The notes beneath the pieces are model-generated. The model had not been told where the DNA came from. It did not search any database and worked only from the letters and a program-made list of their open reading frames with translations. DNA of 28,161 nucleotides from a virus (lineage: Duplodnaviria; Heunggongvirae; Uroviricota; Caudoviricetes), in IMG/VR virus record IMGVR_UViG_2579778529_000004, positions 1 to 28,161 of that record. One strand, given 5' to 3'. Positions 1 to 8,951 of the stretch are shown here, piece after piece (within the stretch, counting starts at the first letter, position 1; each line of letters opens with the position of its first letter). Made by a program: the position numbers and the translations under genes.

Positions 1-297
1 GACCAGACTCTGCAGATCTTCGGCCATCCCGGTTACCATGCCGTGCAGATTAGAGACTTTCAGCGTTGGCCTTGCACTGGCTCCCTTGCCGTTCATCTCA
101 AAGCCGCTCCCCTGAATAGGGTACGCCTGATACTGTCGCCCCTGCCATGTGACCGGCTCACCTTTTTCGTTCTGCTCATTACAGAAGAAATAACGATCTC
201 CGCCGACCTCTGTCAAATCAATTTCCCAGAGCACGACCAGCGCGGATTGCTCCGTTTTAGTGCACTCATTGAGTGTTTCCTGCTGTATATCCTGCAT
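1..297 (-). CDS. L: Minor tail protein L (lambda gpL-like); 3' end runs off the window start
   Basis: Minus-strand translation from ATG at 297-295 gives MQDIQQETLNECTKTEQSALVVLWEIDLTEVGG..., closely matching lambda gpL N-terminus; ATG overlaps stop of the upstream M gene (TGATG). The plus-strand ORF 43-303 is its antisense. Confidence 0.8.
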   Translation of the reverse strand, partial: MQDIQQETLNECTKTEQSALVVLWEIDLTEVGGDRYFFCNEQNEKGEPVTWQGRQYQAYPIQGSGFEMNGKGASARPTLKVSNLHGMVTGMAEDLQSLV

Positions 298-653
298 CAG
301 TGAGTGACCTCTTCAAAGGTGCAGTTAAAATCGGTATACATGGCATTATCCGAAATGCTCCACTCCCTGCAGACAACCCGGACAGTCCTGTTGTGTTTTG
401 GCATACGCCACAAAAAAGCACGAATCCCGGCATGACGGGATAAAAAACTGTCCAGCGCGGCACGGGAATATTCATCTGTGACACGAAATACCGGTTTAAA
501 CGTTTTCAGATCCGCATTCAGACCACCAGCCCGTCGCTGTTCATATCCGTCACCAAACTTTACCGTAATAACTGATGGCTTTCGTGTCGTCTCCATCCCC
601 TCACGGGGGATCCAGTTAAAAACTTCAGGCTCAGGCACTGTATAATCCTCCAT
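297..653 (-). CDS. M: Minor tail protein M (lambda gpM-like)
   Basis: Contains VKFGDGYEQRRAGGLNADLKT...FLWRMP, as in lambda gpM; sits between tape measure and L as in lambda. Start placed at ATG 653 (MEDYTV); the track start at 683 is TTG. Start is uncertain. Confidence 0.7.
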   Translation of the reverse strand: MEDYTVPEPEVFNWIPREGMETTRKPSVITVKFGDGYEQRRAGGLNADLKTFKPVFRVTDEYSRAALDSFLSRHAGIRAFLWRMPKHNRTVRVVCREWSISDNAMYTDFNCTFEEVTH

Positions 654-3600
654 CCCGACGCGATGACTGCATAATTGACACAACCCTGCTGTCGATCAGA
701 TCCACCAGCCCCCTGGCTGATCGCGCATCTATCTCGCCATTGCTCCCTTGATTCTGAATGCTGATGTGATACACGGGAGAATAAACAAATCCACCGCCAC
801 CATTCACATTGCCAATGGCTCTGACCCCAAGAGAGCCGTCCGCTGCCCGTGTCAGTGGCATGATTGCTTCAGGCCCGGCCTCGCCCATCAGCCCGGCACC
901 TTTCGCAAAAGCAAAATACGTCGGTGTATCCACAATAGTGTTACTGTAAGCACTCAGATTTGCCGATGTGTAAACACCACCTTTTGCGTTTGCCACCGCC
1001 CCCGAAATCCATCCGCCGACCGTACCAAGCCACCCTCCGGCACCGGAGAGTGACTTCAGTCCGTTAACAATGGCCGCATTCATAAGAATTTTTGAAACTT
1101 CCCGGAGAACTGAACACCCCCAGTTCCTCCACTCCACAACATTCCCGGCCAGTGCATCGGAAATATTTGATACCAGCCCGTCCATCGTGGAAACGACAGC
1201 ATCTGCCGCCTGTGAAGCATAATCGGTGGCACTGTCTGCCCAGTTGGTCAGTCCCTCCTGGAGTCCGGCATTCCAGTTATTACGTAAAGCATCGGCCTTT
1301 GCATAATAATCCTGCTGATCGCTGAGACGCTCTTCCAGATATTTTTTATTCAGTTCTTTCTCCTGTTTCCACAGGGCTTCTTCAATTTCTCCGGCCTGAT
1401 ACTGTCTCAGCAGCTCGTTATTTTTCTGCTCAAACGTCTGCCGGATACTCCACATTTCCTGGAGTCGTTCACGCATCCGTGAGCCTTCACCATATCCCAG
1501 CAACTGCGCGTCGTCAGATGCCCGGGCACTGGCATTACTGTCCGCCAGACTGCTCTCATACGCAGCAAGCTGCTCACGAATCTTTCTCTGGTCGATGAGT
1601 GCTGCATTCTGCAAAAGCGTTTTTTTCTGCGCTTCTGACAGGGTTGATAATTCGCCCTGACTGACCTGATATTTCATCTTAGCCAGTTCAGTATTCTGCC
1701 CTGCCAGTGCTATCTGTTCTTTTTGCTGTTTAATCAGCCGTTTATAAATATCTTCTGTTTTTTCCGCTTCGGTCTTTTTATGCGCTTTGGGTTTATTTGC
1801 CTGGTTATTTCGCCAGGCATCCAGTGAGTTATTGATATAATTCTGTCTGGCTGTCTGATACGCCTCTCCCACAAAGCCGAGATCATCCGCAGCATAGCCC
1901 AGTCGGGCACGCTCACGCGCTTCCCCCTTAAGGCGGGACAGAGCCAGTTCGCGCTTGCTGTTATTCAGTGCGGTCTGCTGTTTATCATCCAGGGTTGCCT
2001 GTGGTAGCCGTAACGGTACATTCACCAGCCCCTGTCGCTGTTGAAGTAATTCATTACCAAGCCCAAGAAGGCGATTAAACTCGGTATGCTGCCCATTCAT
2101 GATCAACAGGGACTGATACGCTTTGTTTTGTTCCGCCGCCTGTTGACGGATCAACGCCACCCGTCGCTCCTCCAGCCCGGCAAGCACATCCTGAATGGAT
2201 TGCGCTTTACCCTGCATTTGAGTGAGGCGAGACTGTTCAACTGCCAGTTGATTTGTTGCTTCTGCAAGCCCTTCTGTGACAGTTTTTACCGACGTCATGT
2301 GGTTAATCATAAAACCGTTATCGGTTGTCCAGCCCGGATTTGCCAGCACATACTGATAGCCAGCAATTTTTTCCTGTAAGGATTTAATCTTACTTTTCTG
2401 CTCGTCAATTAACCTGTTCTGCTCCTTCAGTGCCTGTCGCGTCTTTTCCTCATTATCTGACGCTTCAGGAAGCGACATTGCCGACGTTTTCTGGCGAATT
2501 TCGTCGATTGTTGCGGCATACTGGCGTGCAGATTCTCTGGCCTGCTCCTGATTCTGATACATCGTGTACCAGGCCGCAGCCCCCAGCATGACGAGTCCCG
2601 GCACACCACCAACCAGCCCCAGCGCGCCACTTAATAAACGACTCCCCACTGACGTAACATTATTCAGCGTTGTCTGTGCCGCTGTTCTGGCCGCAATATT
2701 ACGGGTAAGTGACGCCTGGGCAGCTGTCAGCTTCGCTTCTGCTGCGGCCTGCCTTTCGGTACCGCGAGCAGCAACAACCGCCTGTTGCGCACGATAAACC
2801 GCCGCACGCGCCCTGGCGGTTGCTATCTGTGTCCCCCGAAGTTGCACTTCAGCAAGAGCCACTTCGTTTCTGGCTGCAGTAATTAATCCAGCAGTTGCAG
2901 ATCCAGCAGACGACGCCATATTGCCAAAATATCGGGCTACCCCGACGGCAACCAGAGCACCGGCAGCGGTTGCCACGGTGTCAATATTGCCTGCAATACC
3001 ATTCAGCACACCGGAGAGCGTCTTCGTCACTCCGCTTGCCTCGTTCGCACCACCGACCCAGGCCATAAAGGCGTTTTCAACTTTGGTTGCAGAGGATGAA
3101 ACCGTATCAGGCATTGCCGCATATTCATCACGTAATGCCCCAAGCTGACTAATCAGTGCAGGAACAACCTTATCGGCGGTCAACTTTCCGTTATCCGCCA
3201 TGGCCTTCAGATCCTTACGGGCAACCCCCATTCCCGCAGCCAGCGCACGAATAACACGATCGCCGTTCTCATTCACCGAGTTAAACTCTTCACCGCGCAG
3301 CACTCCCTGCGCCAGTGCCTGACTGAACTGCGTGATCACCGAACTGGCTTCTGCTGTACTGGCACCGGATAATTTCAGGCCCGTGGAGATCGCCTCGGTG
3401 ACTTTCAGTACCTCCTCAGAACTGTAACCATACTCCCGCATGGAAGCTGCAGAACGGGCAAAAAGGCTGGCGTTATCAGAAAACGCCGTCCCCGTTCTCT
3501 GGCTGATCGCCATTAATTCACGCTGTGATGCCTGAAAATCATCACTGGACTGTGAGGCCTGCTTCAGACGGGCATTTACTGAATTCCACTCATCGGCGAG

Positions 3601-3864
3601 AGAAATAAGATGACCGGTAGCAAAAGCCCCGGCAAATGCCCCCGCCATATTCAGTGCCGAAGATTTAGCTGTATTTATCTGATCCGTCACTTCTGCCAGT
3701 GCACGCCGCATTTCACGGGATGCAGCAGCGGACTGCCGGCCCCCGTTCTGCATGGTACGGTAGTAATCCTGCCCCATACGCGAAGCCCGGGAGATCTCTG
3801 ACTGGAATGACCGGGAATTTGCCGAGATTTTAATAATCAGTTCACGTAGTGTCGCCACACTCAT
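631..3864 (-). CDS. H: Tail tape measure protein
   Basis: 1077-aa ORF, Ala/Gln-rich coiled-coil character, position directly downstream of the G/T chaperone pair; ATG at 3864 preceded by GGAGA. Confidence 0.85.
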   Translation of the reverse strand: MSVATLRELIIKISANSRSFQSEISRASRMGQDYYRTMQNGGRQSAAASREMRRALAEVTDQINTAKSSALNMAGAFAGAFATGHLISLADEWNSVNARLKQASQSSDDFQASQRELMAISQRTGTAFSDNASLFARSAASMREYGYSSEEVLKVTEAISTGLKLSGASTAEASSVITQFSQALAQGVLRGEEFNSVNENGDRVIRALAAGMGVARKDLKAMADNGKLTADKVVPALISQLGALRDEYAAMPDTVSSSATKVENAFMAWVGGANEASGVTKTLSGVLNGIAGNIDTVATAAGALVAVGVARYFGNMASSAGSATAGLITAARNEVALAEVQLRGTQIATARARAAVYRAQQAVVAARGTERQAAAEAKLTAAQASLTRNIAARTAAQTTLNNVTSVGSRLLSGALGLVGGVPGLVMLGAAAWYTMYQNQEQARESARQYAATIDEIRQKTSAMSLPEASDNEEKTRQALKEQNRLIDEQKSKIKSLQEKIAGYQYVLANPGWTTDNGFMINHMTSVKTVTEGLAEATNQLAVEQSRLTQMQGKAQSIQDVLAGLEERRVALIRQQAAEQNKAYQSLLIMNGQHTEFNRLLGLGNELLQQRQGLVNVPLRLPQATLDDKQQTALNNSKRELALSRLKGEARERARLGYAADDLGFVGEAYQTARQNYINNSLDAWRNNQANKPKAHKKTEAEKTEDIYKRLIKQQKEQIALAGQNTELAKMKYQVSQGELSTLSEAQKKTLLQNAALIDQRKIREQLAAYESSLADSNASARASDDAQLLGYGEGSRMRERLQEMWSIRQTFEQKNNELLRQYQAGEIEEALWKQEKELNKKYLEERLSDQQDYYAKADALRNNWNAGLQEGLTNWADSATDYASQAADAVVSTMDGLVSNISDALAGNVVEWRNWGCSVLREVSKILMNAAIVNGLKSLSGAGGWLGTVGGWISGAVANAKGGVYTSANLSAYSNTIVDTPTYFAFAKGAGLMGEAGPEAIMPLTRAADGSLGVRAIGNVNGGGGFVYSPVYHISIQNQGSNGEIDARSARGLVDLIDSRVVSIMQSSRRDGGLYSA

Positions 3865-3873
3865 TCTCCGGAC

Positions 3874-3895
3874 GAAAAAAACCGCCGAAGCGGTT
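3874..3895 (-). terminator. Terminator-like hairpin between chaperone T region and tape measure
   Basis: Minus-strand stem AACCGC/GCGGTT with 4-nt loop followed by a 7-T run, in the 37-nt gap between the T stop (3904) and the tape measure ATG (3864). Possible attenuator. Confidence 0.35.
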
Positions 3896-3903
3896 ATATT
3901 GAC

Positions 3904-4194
3904 TCACTGAGACACTATTAAAAGCGCGTTTTCCAGTCCGGCAAATGGATCTGATACGCCTTCTGTCTGCTCTTGTCCCCACTGAAGAAGCGCATCATTC
4001 AGTGGTACTTTGACACCCTGTGCACCGTAAACCGCAGAAACTATCTGGGCAGCCCGGATATCAGCCCGCTCGTCACCCAGCGGGCTGAACCTGTCAAATT
4101 CTGCCCACATCATGATTTCTGATGCGGACATTTCCCTGCGTAACTCTGACAATGTGCGCCCCATCCTGAGCGCCAGCATCATCAGAAAACGCAT
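3904..4194 (-). CDS. Tail assembly chaperone, T region (expressed as G-T fusion by -1 frameshift)
   Basis: ORF in the -1 frame relative to the G gene; shifting at the A_AAA_AAG heptamer reads KKVALPGMRFLMMLALRMG..., straight into this ORF. Confidence 0.6.
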   Translation of the reverse strand: MRFLMMLALRMGRTLSELRREMSASEIMMWAEFDRFSPLGDERADIRAAQIVSAVYGAQGVKVPLNDALLQWGQEQTEGVSDPFAGLENALLIVSQ

Positions 4195-4205
4195 CCCCGG
4201 AAGCG

Positions 4206-4592
4206 CTACTTTTTTTTAACCTCGCCGGCATCACTGATCAGTTCCAGAGACTGCCGAAGAAGCCGCGCATGCACCGGGCCATACACGGCAATCACCTGTT
4301 CACGATCATCCTCTGAAAATACAGGTTGCAGTCCGGTATCACACAGAACATCAATGAACAGTTCAACATCTGCCTCCAGATTTCGGCGGGCGCGCTCAGC
4401 AACGGATAACGGTGTCTCATCATCTTTTGCTTTAACGATCTCCTGCCAGCGCAACCAGGCTTCTGCAGAAGGTTCCCGTAATACAACCGTTGCCCCTTCC
4501 CATTCAGGCACATCAACAGTTTTATGGCGAAACCCCGACATCGTTGCCAGTGCCAGATTACGGATATTTTTAGTCATCACATCTATCCTCAT
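4206..4592 (-). CDS. Tail assembly chaperone G
   Basis: 128-aa ORF just upstream of the tape measure and downstream of the major tail gene; ends ...GEVKKK-stop on a slippery heptamer. Confidence 0.65.
   Translation of the reverse strand: MRIDVMTKNIRNLALATMSGFRHKTVDVPEWEGATVVLREPSAEAWLRWQEIVKAKDDETPLSVAERARRNLEADVELFIDVLCDTGLQPVFSEDDREQVIAVYGPVHARLLRQSLELISDAGEVKKK
4209..4215 (-). other. Programmed -1 ribosomal frameshift slippery heptamer (A AAA AAG)
   Basis: Minus-strand GTT AAA AAA AAG TAG; the -1 frame continues into the 3904-4194 ORF. Conserved arrangement of long-tailed phage chaperone genes. Confidence 0.55.
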
Positions 4593-5296
4593 TAACTGAC
4601 GGTAACAGTGCAGGAAGTGGAGGTCACCTTGTTAACCGGGCTTGCTGAATCAGAAATCTCGCAGGTATACGCACCGGCATCACCGGATGCTGCTGATGCC
4701 TTACTGAACGTTGCCGCCGTCTGTCCGGAAACAGGAGAACCACCTTTCTTCCAGACATAAGAATAAGGCGGCACACCACCGGCAGCCTCAACCACCATTT
4801 CGAGTTTCGAACCGGAAGCAACCTGCAGCGTGCTGTTTAAATCAACCTTCACTTTCAGCGGAACTGTCGTCAGCACAGGTTTACCTTTCAGACGCAGGGA
4901 AAACGTTGCAGCCACAACACCATTGGTTCCTGCAGACCAGGTATGCTGACGCACCTCTGCCATAAAGGTAAATCCGTTGCCTGACGGAAAAATAACTTTA
5001 AAGCCATACGTGGTGTCATTGTCATAGGCACTGCGCAACGCGTTCTGGGCAGCATTGAGGTAAAAGTTGCCTGACATGGAAATCTCTGACGCGGCACCAA
5101 GACCGTTAATATTTTCCTGCTCAACAGAACACAGCGTGGTGACATCAATATCCTGCTTTTGTCCTGCGGTAAACTGCACCTCTTTGATTGTACAGCTCAG
5201 GCCAAGATAGCTGGCAGAATCCAGGGTTTCTGCTGTTACCGGTGCAGACGAAATCATAATTTTCGTCAGTTGCGAACGCTCAAAATTAGAGGACAT
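4592..5296 (-). CDS. V: Major tail protein with C-terminal Ig-like domain
   Basis: 234 aa; position upstream of the chaperones; C-terminal stretch (...GGVPPYSYVWKKGG...AYTCEISD...) resembles an Ig-like domain; ATG 5296 preceded by AGGAG. Confidence 0.75.
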   Translation of the reverse strand: MSSNFERSQLTKIMISSAPVTAETLDSASYLGLSCTIKEVQFTAGQKQDIDVTTLCSVEQENINGLGAASEISMSGNFYLNAAQNALRSAYDNDTTYGFKVIFPSGNGFTFMAEVRQHTWSAGTNGVVAATFSLRLKGKPVLTTVPLKVKVDLNSTLQVASGSKLEMVVEAAGGVPPYSYVWKKGGSPVSGQTAATFSKASAASGDAGAYTCEISDSASPVNKVTSTSCTVTVS

Positions 5297-5311
5297 ACTC
5301 GTCTCCTGAAA

Positions 5312-5337
5312 ATAAAAAAACCCGCCAGCGGCGGGTG
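5312..5337 (-). terminator. Intrinsic-terminator-like hairpin upstream of the major tail gene
   Basis: Minus-strand stem CCCGCC/GGCGGG, 3-nt loop, then a 7-T run; lies between the 5357-5701 gene and the major tail gene. Confidence 0.4.
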
Positions 5338-5356
5338 GGTAAAATCATTAATGACC

Positions 5357-5701
5357 TCAGGCTATTACCTGGAATTCAAGCGTGGCTCTGCTCAGACGGG
5401 AGTCAGGATCATAACCCTGCGTTTTAGAAATAACGGAGGGTGCCAGTTTTCTTACCGCATCAAGCGCCTGCTCACGGATATCATCTGCGTCATCAGGTAC
5501 TGTTGCCCAGACATCGATCTGCACGGTAATTCTGGATTCAGCCTGACCATCAAGCACATCAGACGCAGTGTCAGACACCACAGAAAATACCAGCCATGGC
5601 GGAGATACCGCAGGCTTTCCCTCCGTCAGCGGGACCACATAAGGATAAACCTGTCCTCCGGCCAGTTGAGACAGCAGGGAATACAGTGTGGTCTCTCTCA
5701 T
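5357..5701 (-). CDS. Tail completion / tail terminator protein (U-like)
   Basis: 114-aa ORF in the expected position between the gp10-like gene and the major tail gene; assignment by synteny and size. Confidence 0.5.
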   Translation of the reverse strand: MRETTLYSLLSQLAGGQVYPYVVPLTEGKPAVSPPWLVFSVVSDTASDVLDGQAESRITVQIDVWATVPDDADDIREQALDAVRKLAPSVISKTQGYDPDSRLSRATLEFQVIA

Positions 5702-6147
5702 TTACTTAAGACCTCATCAATAGCCTGATTCATTCGCTGTATGGCAATCTGTGCTGCCAGTTCCTCTGTCGTATCGAAAGCCGGGCGAATGAACGGATGC
5801 GCGGGCATGTTTACCGTTCCCAGCTCCACAAAGCGCCAGTAAAACGCATTTCGGGGATCACTGGCTTTCATGCTGTTATCACTGTTTCCGGTTCGCAGGT
5901 TCCGTCCACGAATGTGGACACCCGAGATAATTTCCCCCCGACGCTTTGAACGCTGAGTGAGAACAACCACATTTTTCTTCAGTTTCCCGGTTCGCTCCGG
6001 CGCACGTTCAACAACTGCATCCCGCATAACTTCAGCACCGGCACGGGTGGCATCGCGCAGTACCTTATTGTTTTCTGCCCTGCTGAGCGTCTCCAGATCC
6101 CGTGCAATATCCGCCAGACCTGAAAAATCAAGACTGAAATCCATCAC
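5698..6147 (-). CDS. HK97 gp10-family tail component
   Basis: 149 aa, synteny downstream of the head-tail joining genes; 4-nt overlap with the next gene. Confidence 0.6.
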   Translation of the reverse strand: MMDFSLDFSGLADIARDLETLSRAENNKVLRDATRAGAEVMRDAVVERAPERTGKLKKNVVVLTQRSKRRGEIISGVHIRGRNLRTGNSDNSMKASDPRNAFYWRFVELGTVNMPAHPFIRPAFDTTEELAAQIAIQRMNQAIDEVLSK

Positions 6148-6482
6148 ACATTCCCCTTCTGAGAACAGAGTATCTCAAGCCGTGTGGCACGGGCATCCGG
6201 TATCGGCGGACCGTCTATACTCAGAATCGCGCCTTTGAATGCACCAGTCAGCACTTTCAGACATGAAGTTGCTGTCACATCTCGCCGGAATCTCATCCAG
6301 ACCTTCACTGTAGCCTGAGCAGTTTCTGCACCTCCGGATATTCTCTCCCTGCCACTGATTCCCTTAACTTCTGCCCATATGGTTGCCCCCTCCGTCATTG
6401 TTTCCACAGGGTGCCCTGACGGAGACCGAACGGTGGTGGCATTCAGAATAACCACACGATCACGTAATCTTCCTGCCTGCAT
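6144..6482 (-). CDS. Head-tail adaptor / head closure protein
   Basis: 112 aa, translationally coupled between the gp6-like connector and the gp10-like gene. Confidence 0.55.
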   Translation of the reverse strand: MQAGRLRDRVVILNATTVRSPSGHPVETMTEGATIWAEVKGISGRERISGGAETAQATVKVWMRFRRDVTATSCLKVLTGAFKGAILSIDGPPIPDARATRLEILCSQKGNV

Positions 6483-6490
6483 GAATCCTC

Positions 6491-6796
6491 CTATGTTCCG
6501 GGATGAAGCCGATACATCCGCAGTCCGGTATAGAAAAAATCAGGCACTGCATCCTGCATTTCCCTGTTCTCGTACCAGTAGCCAACCAGTTGCATAAGAC
6601 GCAGTTTTATCAGAGGTGTTATTACAAGCCCGGTCGTATCCTGCTCAGAAACAGTTTCATCGTAAAGCGTTCGGTTTAAAAACTTTTCAGCCTCTTCCCT
6701 GGCAGCATCCAGATACATCATAAGAAGAGAATTCTCCTGTTCATTGTCATCATCAATCCGGCACTGAACACGAAGCTCTTCCAGAGTGGGCATCAT
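6491..6796 (-). CDS. gp6-like head-tail connector protein
   Basis: 101 aa; N-terminal LEELRVQCRIDDD...MMYLDAAREEAEKFLNR pattern typical of gp6-like connectors. Confidence 0.6.
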   Translation of the reverse strand: MMPTLEELRVQCRIDDDNEQENSLLMMYLDAAREEAEKFLNRTLYDETVSEQDTTGLVITPLIKLRLMQLVGYWYENREMQDAVPDFFYTGLRMYRLHPGT

Positions 6797-6807
6797 TTGG
6801 GCAACCT

Positions 6808-6996
6808 CTATGAATGCTGTTTTTTAGACTTATCAGCCCCCCGCGCAACAGGTGTTCTCTTATCAGAGACAATCCCAGCTGCAGTGGCAATTTCGCGTAC
6901 CCGTTCGGGTAATTCTTTATCTTCATACTCACCGGCCCGAATGATCTCAACACTCATACCGTCCGGTGACCATTTCAGATCTTGTTTCAGGATCAT
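6808..6996 (-). CDS. Hypothetical small protein between capsid and connector genes
   Basis: 62-aa ORF, ATG at 6996 with GGGTGAAG upstream; no recognisable motif. Confidence 0.4.
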   Translation of the reverse strand: MILKQDLKWSPDGMSVEIIRAGEYEDKELPERVREIATAAGIVSDKRTPVARGADKSKKQHS

Positions 6997-7015
6997 GATT
7001 CTTCACCCGTCAGAA

Positions 7016-7039
7016 CAGGGGCGCGGTTCCGCGCCCCTG
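7016..7039 (-). other. GC-rich stem-loop just 3' of the major capsid gene
   Basis: Perfect 11-bp stem CAGGGGCGCGG / CCGCGCCCCTG with 2-nt loop, 5 nt after the capsid stop (7045-7047); no T-run, so likely a transcript-stabilising structure rather than a full terminator. Confidence 0.5.
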
Positions 7040-7044
7040 AGTGA

Positions 7045-8250
7045 TTACGCCGCTGCAATCTTCAGCAGTTTGATGGCCTGCGAATCGACCAGCATCCCGC
7101 CGGTGCGCTTGGTGGTATAAAAACCGACAAACGGTTTATTGGTGTACGGGTCACGCAGAATGCGGGTGCCGATACGGTCAACGATGGTGTAACCCCGTTT
7201 GAAGTTACCAAATGCAATGGCTTTCGCATCAGCGGCGATATCCGGCATCTGTTCGTTTTCAGCGATACCGTAACCCGCCAGAGAGGACGGCTGCCCCAGT
7301 TCCAGCCCCGGACGCCACAGATAGTTACCCTCGCTGTCTTTAAGCAGACGGATGGCAAACAGGCTGTTGTTGTTCATCATGAACTTCGCGCCAGTGCGGT
7401 GTGCCTTACGCAGCGTGTAAATCAGTTTGATAATGGCGTCTGCGGTCACCGCCGTCGCTTCGCCGGATACAATATGCTGAAGTTTGCCGAACGCCCGGAC
7501 CTTATCGGTTTCATCAGTGGATTCATACGCCAGGAACCCTTTCGGCTTCTTGGTACCATCGCCGGTGGTAAAGGCAATTTCTTCCTGTTCGGCAAATTCG
7601 GTTGCCAGCTCGCTGTTGATCCAGGCCTCCACGTTGAAAAAGGCATCATCCAGCATTTTCTGGGTGGCCTGCGGGTTACCGTAGATTTCCCCCATGAAAG
7701 GTTCAATCAGGCCCAGTTTTGAGGTGGCAGTCTGGGAGCGCGCGTCAGTCTCGCCAACCCATCCGGAAGCCGTGCCACCCAGATTCACCAGTTTTTTGTA
7801 GTCGGAACCACCAACGGTGATCACCGTGGCTTCCTGGCGCATCACCACTTCATCTTTCAGCAGGGTGAGAATGTTGCGATCCAGTGCTTCCGGCACGGCA
7901 TAGCCGCCGTCTTCATCGGTGCCCACCTGTAATGCCTTGCGCTCCAGATCGCGCAGACCATCTTCACGGCCTTTACGCAGGAAGCCCACAAACGCTTCTT
8001 TATGCTCGGTGGCCAGTTTATTTTGCGCACCACCTGCCGGACGTTTCAGCTCAAGCAGCTCTTTTTCAAGATCGCTTTTGAGGTTTTCCAGCTCGCTGAG
8101 TTTCCCGTTCAGGGTTTCCACCTGCCCGGCAAGTTTGCCTTTTTCCTGCTCAATCGCATCCACGCGCTTGTCGTTCTTTGCTTTGAAGTCGTCAAACTTC
8201 TGCTGCAGCTCCTGCGCGACCTGTTCGACATCTTTAATATCAACCGCCAT
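7045..8250 (-). CDS. Major capsid protein, HK97 fold
   Basis: 401 aa with N-terminal coiled-coil delta-like region then capsid body; follows the protease; ATG 8250 with AGGAG 8 nt upstream. Confidence 0.85.
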   Translation of the reverse strand: MAVDIKDVEQVAQELQQKFDDFKAKNDKRVDAIEQEKGKLAGQVETLNGKLSELENLKSDLEKELLELKRPAGGAQNKLATEHKEAFVGFLRKGREDGLRDLERKALQVGTDEDGGYAVPEALDRNILTLLKDEVVMRQEATVITVGGSDYKKLVNLGGTASGWVGETDARSQTATSKLGLIEPFMGEIYGNPQATQKMLDDAFFNVEAWINSELATEFAEQEEIAFTTGDGTKKPKGFLAYESTDETDKVRAFGKLQHIVSGEATAVTADAIIKLIYTLRKAHRTGAKFMMNNNSLFAIRLLKDSEGNYLWRPGLELGQPSSLAGYGIAENEQMPDIAADAKAIAFGNFKRGYTIVDRIGTRILRDPYTNKPFVGFYTTKRTGGMLVDSQAIKLLKIAAA

Positions 8251-8264
8251 CGTATTTCTCCTGA

Positions 8265-8951
8265 TTAGAAGTTCAGATTTTTCAGTGCATTCAGTGCAGA
8301 GCCCACATCCTCAGCGTCGCGCAGGGACAGTGCGCCATAGCCCCCGGCCATGAATGCTTTGGCCTGGGTACGGGAGAGTCCGACATCACGCAGGACTCTT
8401 TCGATTTTTTTCTGTTCGGGGATTTCCCCGCGGGCCAGCGCGTTCTTGACGTCGCTGATCCGCGCCTCGTCGTTAGACGGAAACGTCACCAGACTGACTT
8501 CCCAGAGGTCGATTTCTTTCAGCAGAAAGGCTTCTTTCGTCCGGTCGTATTCCCAGTCCTTCAGGACGTACCCAATAGAAAGGCCGGTTAACGAACCGGC
8601 CTTCATGTGTGCATGTGCGCGTTTTGCCAGGGGATCATCATCAATGAGCAACCGCCCCCTGACGTAAAGCCCGACATCGTCTTCCTTCATTTCGGTGTAA
8701 ACACCGATGGGCTCATCCATGCGGTGCTGCCAGAGCAGCGCAGGCAACGCTTTTCTGTCACTCCACGCCCGCAGGGAAGCAGCAAATGCCCCGGACATCA
8801 CCACATCATCGTGACTGTCCTTTACACCAAAGACGGAGCCATATCCTTCAAACTCACCGGAGTCACTGACAGATTTCAGACTCAGCGGTACATCAAGACG
8901 TTGTTTCGTCTGCATTGGCGTTATCCTTCTGCTTACCGGCTTTACTGCCAT
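8265..8951 (-). CDS. Prohead protease, HK97 family
   Basis: 228 aa between portal and capsid genes; start may be the internal Met at 8915, since the track ORF overlaps the portal 3' end. Confidence 0.75.
   Translation of the reverse strand: MAVKPVSRRITPMQTKQRLDVPLSLKSVSDSGEFEGYGSVFGVKDSHDDVVMSGAFAASLRAWSDRKALPALLWQHRMDEPIGVYTEMKEDDVGLYVRGRLLIDDDPLAKRAHAHMKAGSLTGLSIGYVLKDWEYDRTKEAFLLKEIDLWEVSLVTFPSNDEARISDVKNALARGEIPEQKKIERVLRDVGLSRTQAKAFMAGGYGALSLRDAEDVGSALNALKNLNF

Noticed and set aside
43..303. 86-aa plus-strand ORF
   Set aside because: Antisense to the minor tail protein L reading frame, which has a clear lambda gpL-like translation.
5159..5728. 189-aa plus-strand ORF
   Set aside because: Antisense across the major tail gene, the terminator hairpin and the U-like gene; Arg/Cys-rich low-complexity translation.
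7919..8353. 144-aa plus-strand Ser-rich ORF
   Set aside because: Antisense to the major capsid gene; compositional artefact.
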